Shown here: one piece after another, positions 14,570 through 20,000 of the stretch
Layout: every line of letters starts with the position of its first letter
Numbering within the stretch: the first letter of the stretch is position 1
Origin: an uncultured virus (IMG/VR IMGVR_UViG_3300032282_001987)
Taxonomy: Duplodnaviria > Heunggongvirae > Uroviricota > Caudoviricetes
Reading direction: 5' to 3' (one strand)
Virus record (IMG/VR): IMGVR_UViG_3300032282_001987
Length of the DNA: 20,000 bases
Made by a program: the position numbers and the translations under genes
Notes under the pieces: generated by a model
The model's database searches: none
Told to the model about the DNA's origin: nothing
The model's input: only the letters and a program-made list of their open reading frames with translations

Positions 14570-15055
14570 ATGGAAATCAAAATTACATGTCGATCAAAGC
14601 AGCGGAAAGAGGCACTAGAGATCCTGGTGCCCTTCTATGCTAAGAAACTCAACCTCACCAAGAGTACGTGGAAATTGCATATCCATGTGTTGACCGATCT
14701 TGCCGTAGACAATGGTTGCAATGGGTGTGTGGGTTTGTATGGTGAGAAGGAACTGTATATGTTCTTAGACAGTCGCCTCGATTCTTGGACTACCATGACT
14801 ACACTGGCGCATGAGATGGTCCATGTCAAACAGTATGTCCGTGGTCAGTTGAAGTATGTCAAGACCCGCAGCAATCGTGGCTACTATCTGTGGATGGGCA
14901 AGCGTCATACTCGCCGGGGTGCTGCTAAGTATTATGAGGCACCGTGGGAACTCGAAGCATTCAGCAAGGAGCGTATCCTCGCCAATCGTGTATTGCAGAA
15001 GTTTCCGACCAGCAGTTATGCTTTGCCCAAGAACAAAGTGAAACTTGACAAATAA
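14570..15055 (+). CDS. HExxH zincin-like metallopeptidase, phage type
   Basis: TTLAHEMVHVKQY and YYEAPWELEAF. Confidence 0.8.
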   Translation: MEIKITCRSKQRKEALEILVPFYAKKLNLTKSTWKLHIHVLTDLAVDNGCNGCVGLYGEKELYMFLDSRLDSWTTMTTLAHEMVHVKQYVRGQLKYVKTRSNRGYYLWMGKRHTRRGAAKYYEAPWELEAFSKERILANRVLQKFPTSSYALPKNKVKLDK

Positions 15056-15073
15056 TCCAATATCTGTTAGAAT
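15045..15073 (+). promoter_or_regulatory. sigma70-type early promoter
   Basis: TTGACA-N17-TAGAAT with extended TG; SD AGGAG before 15109. Confidence 0.85.
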
Positions 15074-15108
15074 TCGTTTTGTAGTCAATCATCAATCAGG
15101 AGAATCAA

Positions 15109-16212
15109 ATGGCAGCTGTAAGCGATAACAAAACTATCACTAGTGTACAGACCCGCAAGGCTCTGTTGCAAGCATTCAAGACTAATCGTCCCGTGTTTCT
15201 GTGGGGCCCGCCCGGTATCGGTAAATCCGAGGTCGTTGCAGAGATCACCGAGGAGCTCGGTGGCCACATGATCGATCTGCGTATGGCGCAGATGGAACCT
15301 ACTGACATTCGCGGTATCCCGTTCTTCAACAAGGATAACGGGCGCATGGACTGGGCTCCCCCTATCGATCTTCCTGATGAGGAACTCGCCAGCAAGTATC
15401 CTATCGTTGTACTTTTCCTCGATGAGATGAACAGTGCTCCGCCCGCAGTGCAGGCTGCAGGTTATCAGTTGGTGCTCAACGGTCGTGTCGGTAAGTATGT
15501 ACTGCCGAAAAATGTACGTATCGTTGCAGCAGGTAACCGTGATAGCGACAAAGGTGTCACGTATCGCATGCCGATGCCACTCGCTAATCGTTTCATTCAC
15601 TTGGAGATGCGCCCCGACTTTGCTAGCTGGCAATCGTGGGCTGTGCATAAAGGTATCCACAAGGACGTAGTTGGTTATCTGTCCTTCGCTAAACAGGATA
15701 TCTATGATTTCGATAGCAAGTCCAGCAGCCGTGCGTTTGCTACGCCCCGTTCGTGGTGCTTTGTGTCTGACCTCATCAATGATGACAGCGCAGATGAGGA
15801 TACGCAATTCAACCTGATCGCAGGTGCTGTGGGTGAAGGTCTCGCAGTGAAGTTCATGGCTCACCGCAAGATCGCAGGCAAGATGCCTTCCCCGACTGAT
15901 ATCCTCGCAGGTAAGGTCAAGGAGCTCAACGTCAAGGAAATCAGTGCGATGTACTCACTGACCATCTCTATGTGCTACGAGTTGAAGGACGCGTTGGATA
16001 ACAAACGTGTCAACACCAAACAATTCCATGAGATGGCGCAACACTTTTTCGATTACATGATGACCAATTTCGAGACTGAACTGGTCGTCATGGGTGCGAA
16101 GATCGCCCTCAAGACTTACAAGCTGCCGATCGAGCCTTCGGAACTGAAAAACTTCGATCAGTTCCACAAGAAGTATGGCAAGTACATTGTCGATCCAGCT
16201 GACGCTAGGTAA
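15109..16212 (+). CDS. MoxR-like AAA+ ATPase
   Basis: Walker A GPPGIGKS, Walker B LFLDEMN, IVAAGNR, LANRF and TPRSW. Confidence 0.92.
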   Translation: MAAVSDNKTITSVQTRKALLQAFKTNRPVFLWGPPGIGKSEVVAEITEELGGHMIDLRMAQMEPTDIRGIPFFNKDNGRMDWAPPIDLPDEELASKYPIVVLFLDEMNSAPPAVQAAGYQLVLNGRVGKYVLPKNVRIVAAGNRDSDKGVTYRMPMPLANRFIHLEMRPDFASWQSWAVHKGIHKDVVGYLSFAKQDIYDFDSKSSSRAFATPRSWCFVSDLINDDSADEDTQFNLIAGAVGEGLAVKFMAHRKIAGKMPSPTDILAGKVKELNVKEISAMYSLTISMCYELKDALDNKRVNTKQFHEMAQHFFDYMMTNFETELVVMGAKIALKTYKLPIEPSELKNFDQFHKKYGKYIVDPADAR

Positions 16213-16218
16213 TAAGAC

Positions 16219-16246
16219 GTATGAGCGGGGGTAACCCCGCTCATAC
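16219..16246. repeat. perfect 12-bp inverted repeat with GTAA loop (terminator-like hairpin without U tract)
   Basis: GTATGAGCGGGG-GTAA-CCCCGCTCATAC. Confidence 0.85.
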
Positions 16247-16249
16247 CTA

Positions 16250-16278
16250 TTGACAATAAATACTAATGGGTGTATAAT
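16250..16278 (+). promoter_or_regulatory. sigma70-type early promoter
   Basis: TTGACAATAAAT... with TTGACA-N17-TATAAT, perfect consensus; SD AAGGAG follows. Confidence 0.9.
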
Positions 16279-16304
16279 AGTGGTATTCTGTGAAGGAGTA
16301 ACAA

Positions 16305-17594
16305 ATGAGTGATGTTATCGGACCCACTAAGAAAAGTAAACGCAGTAAAAAATTCGAGAACCTTGTAGGACCTACGGATCCTGCAACAGATGCCAAGGCA
16401 CGTGACCGATTGGTTCATGCACGTATCGGACTATTGCTACGCCATAGTTTTTTTGGCAACCTCGCTACACGCCTCAAACTAGTCAATGCCGACGAGTGGT
16501 GCAGCACTGCTGCCACTGATGGACGCACCTTTTATTACAACAGCCGATTCATTATGATGCTGAAGGTCAAGGAAGTAGAATTCCTCTTTGGTCATGAAGT
16601 GTTGCACGTTGTATATGATCACATGGGGCGGCGTGGTAATCGTGACCCGCAAATCTGGAACATCGCCGATGACTATGCAGTCAATGCTGACTTGAAACGC
16701 CACAACGTCGGTCAATTCATCACTACTGTTCCTTGCTTGTATGAGTCCAAATATGACGGCAAGCCTGCAGAGGAAATCTATGATGATCTGATGAAAAATG
16801 TACAGAAGATCAGTATCGATGATCTGGTCGATCAGATGATCGATGACCACATGGATGGTGAAGGCGAAGGCGAAGGCGAAGATGGTGAAGGTGAGGGTGA
16901 CAACAAGAAAAAACGCCCGAAATTGTCTGACGAGGAACGCGAGAAGATCCGTAGCGAGGTCAAGCAATCTATCCTTGCCGCTGCACAAGCCGCAGAGGCT
17001 GGTACTCTTCCCAAAGGTGTAGAGCGTCTTGTCAAGGACCTCACTAGTCCGGTCATGCCCTGGGACGAACTGATCCAGACTAATCTTACTAGTGCTATCC
17101 GTAGTGATTATTCTTGGATGCGCCCGTCACGCCGTAGCTGGCATATGGATGCAGTCATGCCCGGTATGAACCCCGGTGAGGAGATCGATGTTGATGTTGC
17201 CATCGATATGTCAGGTAGTATCCAGATGTCCCAGGCTCAAGCATTCTTGGGTGAGATCGCGGGTATGATGAATTCGTTCGATGGCTACAAGATCAACGTG
17301 TTCTGTTTCGATACCGAGATTTACAATCCGCAGACTTTCGATAGCGAGACGATGGATTCTATCGAGGAGTACGAGCCGCAAGGTGGTGGTGGTACCGACT
17401 TCGATGCTATCTTCAATCACTTGAAGGAAGAAGGTCGCAACCCGAAACGATTGATCGTGTTCACTGATGGATATCCGTGTGGTTCTTGGGGTGACCCTGA
17501 CTACTGCGATACTACTTGGATCATTCATGGTGATCCGAATCCGAACCCGCCCTTCGGTACTTGGGCGATCTATGATGACCATAAAGGAAAATAA
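16305..17594 (+). CDS. DUF2201-type metallopeptidase plus VWA-like domain protein (MoxR partner)
   Basis: TAATDG, FLFGHEVLHVVYDH, WNIADDYAVN, acidic Gly/Glu linker, MIDAS-like AIDMSGS, GGGGTDF and VFTDG. Confidence 0.9.
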   Translation: MSDVIGPTKKSKRSKKFENLVGPTDPATDAKARDRLVHARIGLLLRHSFFGNLATRLKLVNADEWCSTAATDGRTFYYNSRFIMMLKVKEVEFLFGHEVLHVVYDHMGRRGNRDPQIWNIADDYAVNADLKRHNVGQFITTVPCLYESKYDGKPAEEIYDDLMKNVQKISIDDLVDQMIDDHMDGEGEGEGEDGEGEGDNKKKRPKLSDEEREKIRSEVKQSILAAAQAAEAGTLPKGVERLVKDLTSPVMPWDELIQTNLTSAIRSDYSWMRPSRRSWHMDAVMPGMNPGEEIDVDVAIDMSGSIQMSQAQAFLGEIAGMMNSFDGYKINVFCFDTEIYNPQTFDSETMDSIEEYEPQGGGGTDFDAIFNHLKEEGRNPKRLIVFTDGYPCGSWGDPDYCDTTWIIHGDPNPNPPFGTWAIYDDHKGK

Positions 17595-17596
17595 TC

Positions 17597-17695
17597 ATGC
17601 ATTACTTAGTCTTGGCAATGGTAAATGTTGTTGGGGCAATCGTAGTAGCAGTTATTTTAGATAAAGCATTGGGAATGTTTCATATTGATGAGTAA
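17597..17695 (+). CDS. 32-aa hydrophobic small protein (MHYLVLAMVNVVGAIVVAVILDKALGMFHIDE)
   Basis: SD AAGGA upstream; fills the gap and overlaps the next start. Confidence 0.55.
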   Translation: MHYLVLAMVNVVGAIVVAVILDKALGMFHIDE

Positions 17696-18041
17696 GAGAA
17701 AGAGATCAAAAAAGGCATCTAGGTTCTTAGTGATGTGGGATTGCTATGGACTCGAATGCCTTTTCAACATATCGCAGTGGGAGAGAGAACTTCTCTGGGC
17801 TACACTCAAGGAAGAGCAAAAACCTAAACCACCGCCATTGAACATATTACTATTACGTGCGAGATATAATTCACATAGGAACTATGAGATTTATATATTC
17901 GAAGCCGAGGATAGTGTAACAGAGAATGATATGAAAGAGGCATTCAACAACCATCCACAATCCATGGTTGACTTTATACGCAAAAATGGAAAATCTATCT
18001 TTGATGGTAGGCTAGACACAGATAAGAGGACGATAGTATGA
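17688..18041 (+). CDS. hypothetical phage protein
   Basis: About 117 aa (FLVMWDCYGLE...LLLRARYNSHRNYEIY) with an ATGA overlap on the next gene. ATG at 17688 preferred. Confidence 0.75.
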   Translation: MSKRKRSKKASRFLVMWDCYGLECLFNISQWERELLWATLKEEQKPKPPPLNILLLRARYNSHRNYEIYIFEAEDSVTENDMKEAFNNHPQSMVDFIRKNGKSIFDGRLDTDKRTIV

Positions 18042-18442
18042 TATATGTTGGCTTGAGCCTAGGTCGTTGTATCCGTTCCATACTACGAGGCGAAGTGTCC
18101 GAGCAAAATGTTTTGTGCATCATCACCAGAACTAGGTGCCTAAATATCAATTCATTGCTCAATGTCGTGCGTGAGTACCACGATAGTAAAGCCGGACATC
18201 CCTCATATGGTATGTCTGAATTTACCCTAGAGGATGTTCAGGGGTTAGCTCATAGATTATATGAACAAGGTAAGATACACCAACCTAGGCTTTTCCCAGA
18301 ACACGCTGTGTTCGATTATTTGATGTTAGTGGTTGCAGATTCAACTATATGGTTGGAAGTAGGTCCTTCACCAGATACTGATAATGTCGCCGTGCTGGAT
18401 GCATATAACAAGTATAAGATGTTAGCTGAATTGGTACGATGA
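18038..18442 (+). CDS. hypothetical phage protein
   Basis: 134 aa (VGLSLGRCIRSILRGEV...GKIHQPR) with coupled overlaps. Confidence 0.75.
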   Translation: MIYVGLSLGRCIRSILRGEVSEQNVLCIITRTRCLNINSLLNVVREYHDSKAGHPSYGMSEFTLEDVQGLAHRLYEQGKIHQPRLFPEHAVFDYLMLVVADSTIWLEVGPSPDTDNVAVLDAYNKYKMLAELVR

Positions 18443-18690
18443 ACTTCAATCCATATATATGGTTCACGGATAGAGAGATATCTTTCTTACCAAAACATTT
18501 TGTCAAAACACAATCACCCATGACGGCTGCATCTAAGCACTGGGTAGAATCTAAATTGATGGGTAGATATTATATAGGACCTGCACCATTAGAGGATGAC
18601 ACCTCGATATATATGTTCCGTGATGATATCTTTTACTTCGAGGATCCCAAAGAAGCCATGATGTATGAATTAGTCTGGTCAGGAAAATAA
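18439..18690 (+). CDS. hypothetical phage protein
   Basis: 83 aa ending FYFEDPKEAMMYELVW; ATGA overlap. Confidence 0.75.
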   Translation: MNFNPYIWFTDREISFLPKHFVKTQSPMTAASKHWVESKLMGRYYIGPAPLEDDTSIYMFRDDIFYFEDPKEAMMYELVWSGK

Positions 18691-18743
18691 ATTTTTTCTA
18701 GACCGATACTCATATTAAATATCTATAACCTTAAGGAGTTTAT

Positions 18744-19382
18744 ATGAGTTTTCTAAGACACGTAGGCAAAATGGGTGACCGAAAAGTCGCTATCGTATTC
18801 CGGGAAGTTCCTGGTGAGCCACACATGGCTCTAGTAACATACACCGAGACACTGAATCAGCACATTCACGATCCAATGATGGCGTGTATCGAGAGCGATA
18901 TTGGGCAGAACAGCCCTAATCTTGCCGATGCATTGAATAGGACACATACCAAAGATGGTAAGTATATTCTACAAGTCTTGCATCAAGAAGGTCTATTGAA
19001 GAAAGTACAGACCTCACAGATCATCGTCACACCTAACTCTACTACCAAGATCAGATTAGATGAACTGAACAAGATCCTCTCCGAGATGGAACAAGGCAGT
19101 GCTGCTACCAAGCGACTAGCCGAGATGGATGAGAGCACTGTTGGTCTTGTCAACGATGTAGTAGGTGCAGCAGCGATTCCAAAAGGTGTTCCTGGAGTTT
19201 TAGAGGATTCAGCATTGGCTAAGCAACGTATCGCACAAGCACAGCGCATGGAAGCAGAAGCTAAAGGCTTGTTAGCAGAAGCACAACGATTGATGGACGA
19301 AGCTAAGTCTATGGATCCTTCACTAGCTAAACCAGAGAAGAAAACAAGTACTAAAAAACCCAAGGTGAAAGTGACTACGTAA
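18744..19382 (+). CDS. hypothetical phage protein with C-terminal coiled coil and Lys-rich tail
   Basis: 212 aa, SD AAGGAG, with TAAATA motif at 18716-18721 upstream. Confidence 0.8.
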   Translation: MSFLRHVGKMGDRKVAIVFREVPGEPHMALVTYTETLNQHIHDPMMACIESDIGQNSPNLADALNRTHTKDGKYILQVLHQEGLLKKVQTSQIIVTPNSTTKIRLDELNKILSEMEQGSAATKRLAEMDESTVGLVNDVVGAAAIPKGVPGVLEDSALAKQRIAQAQRMEAEAKGLLAEAQRLMDEAKSMDPSLAKPEKKTSTKKPKVKVTT

Positions 19383-19386
19383 TACG

Positions 19387-19683
19387 ATGACTCCTGATTA
19401 CATCCGAAAGTGGGAACATATACTAGAAGATGTTGAAAAAAGTAAGGTTCCTGTACAGTTTATCAAAAAGATTGTCGTTAGATTGGCAGGGAAGAAACAG
19501 CATACTATCAACATACAGACGTTACTTAAACAGGGATTAGATACTAATGAAGTAGAAGAAGTCATTTCGCGTAAATTGAACGAGTTAGATCCATTGATAA
19601 CGAGCTTTGAGTTTGTACTGAATGTCGAGACCATAGCAGAGACAGTGCAACCTGAGACAGATAAGTTACTTGGAAATCTATGA
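19387..19683 (+). CDS. hypothetical phage protein
   Basis: 98-aa ORF whose stop overlaps the DHFR start. Confidence 0.75.
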   Translation: MTPDYIRKWEHILEDVEKSKVPVQFIKKIVVRLAGKKQHTINIQTLLKQGLDTNEVEEVISRKLNELDPLITSFEFVLNVETIAETVQPETDKLLGNL

Positions 19684-20000
19684 AACTGATATTAGCTTGT
19701 GATCCTAACGGAGGAATAGGCTATCAAAACAAATTGCCCTGGGGTAACATTCAGGGCGATTTGCCAAGATTCAAGATGCTCACTGCCAATCAGACCGTGG
19801 TCATGGGCCGTAATACTTGGGACAGTCTGCCCAAGAAGCCATTGCCTGGCAGGATAAACCTAGTAGTGACTACTAGAGATGGCATAGAAAACACCCAATA
19901 TGTATATGTGTTGCGTGATATAGATCGACTATTCCATTGGAAGACCGATGCGTGGTTGATAGGTGGAGCCAGATTGATCAGTGCCTGCTGGGAAAAGATA
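19680..20000 (+). CDS. folA: dihydrofolate reductase, 3'-truncated by the window edge
   Basis: Hand translation: MKLILACDPNGGIGYQNKLPWGNIQGDLPRFKMLTANQTVVMGRNTWDSLPKKPLPGRINLVVT...WLIGGA. Confidence 0.95.
   Translation, partial: MKLILACDPNGGIGYQNKLPWGNIQGDLPRFKMLTANQTVVMGRNTWDSLPKKPLPGRINLVVTTRDGIENTQYVYVLRDIDRLFHWKTDAWLIGGARLISACWEKI

Noticed and set aside
16855..16900. GAAGGC/GAAGGT short tandem repeat as a contingency locus
   Set aside because: It encodes the ordinary acidic Gly/Glu linker of DUF2201-VWA proteins and stays in frame.
15085..17582. Long antisense ORFs (15085-15864, 16479-16988, 17211-17582) and similar ones such as 4840-5472, 7823-8374 and 18983-19363
   Set aside because: These are shadows of well-supported + strand genes with no recognisable motifs or translation signals.
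1..20000. Alternative genetic code (stop-codon reassignment)
   Set aside because: Genes are full length and tightly packed under the standard code, and TAA, TAG and TGA all occur as evident stops.
1..20000. Bacterial chromosomal origin of the window
   Set aside because: pstS lacks pstCAB, unrelated functions are densely juxtaposed with tiny ORFs, and the promoter/terminator style is phage-like. However, no structural gene is present, so the viral call remains an inference.

Overview
Gene-dense, almost entirely + strand window that reads as part of a large lytic phage genome (T4-like/jumbo myovirus style). Support: consensus sigma70 promoters, TAAATA late-promoter-like motifs, UUCG terminators, DHFR, a MoxR/VWA pair and many tiny ORFs. 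The porin and tmRNA tag suggest a betaproteobacterial host (inference). Layout: (i) 1-6168 sugar-nucleotide/glycan-modification cluster (epimerase, methyltransferase, ThDP-enzyme beta domain, NodU-type carbamoyltransferase, a 7-repeat glycosyltransferase-like protein). (ii) 6930-7452 an RNA locus missed by the ORF track: a degenerate tRNA-like element followed by a circularly permuted (two-piece) tmRNA with tag ANDELYTLAA, whose intervening segment is filled almost exactly by a 59-aa DUF2061-like protein gene. (iii) 7455-11501 a Pho-box-preceded cassette plcP-like phospholipase, small ORF, agt-like GT4, pstS and porin, i.e. an apparent phage-borne phospholipid-to-glycolipid remodelling and phosphate-scavenging module. 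(iv) Peroxiredoxin and two more glycosyltransferase-like genes. (v) An early-promoter-rich block (HExxH peptidase, MoxR-type AAA ATPase, DUF2201/VWA), hypotheticals and a partial DHFR. All family assignments are from motif recognition by eye, not database searches.
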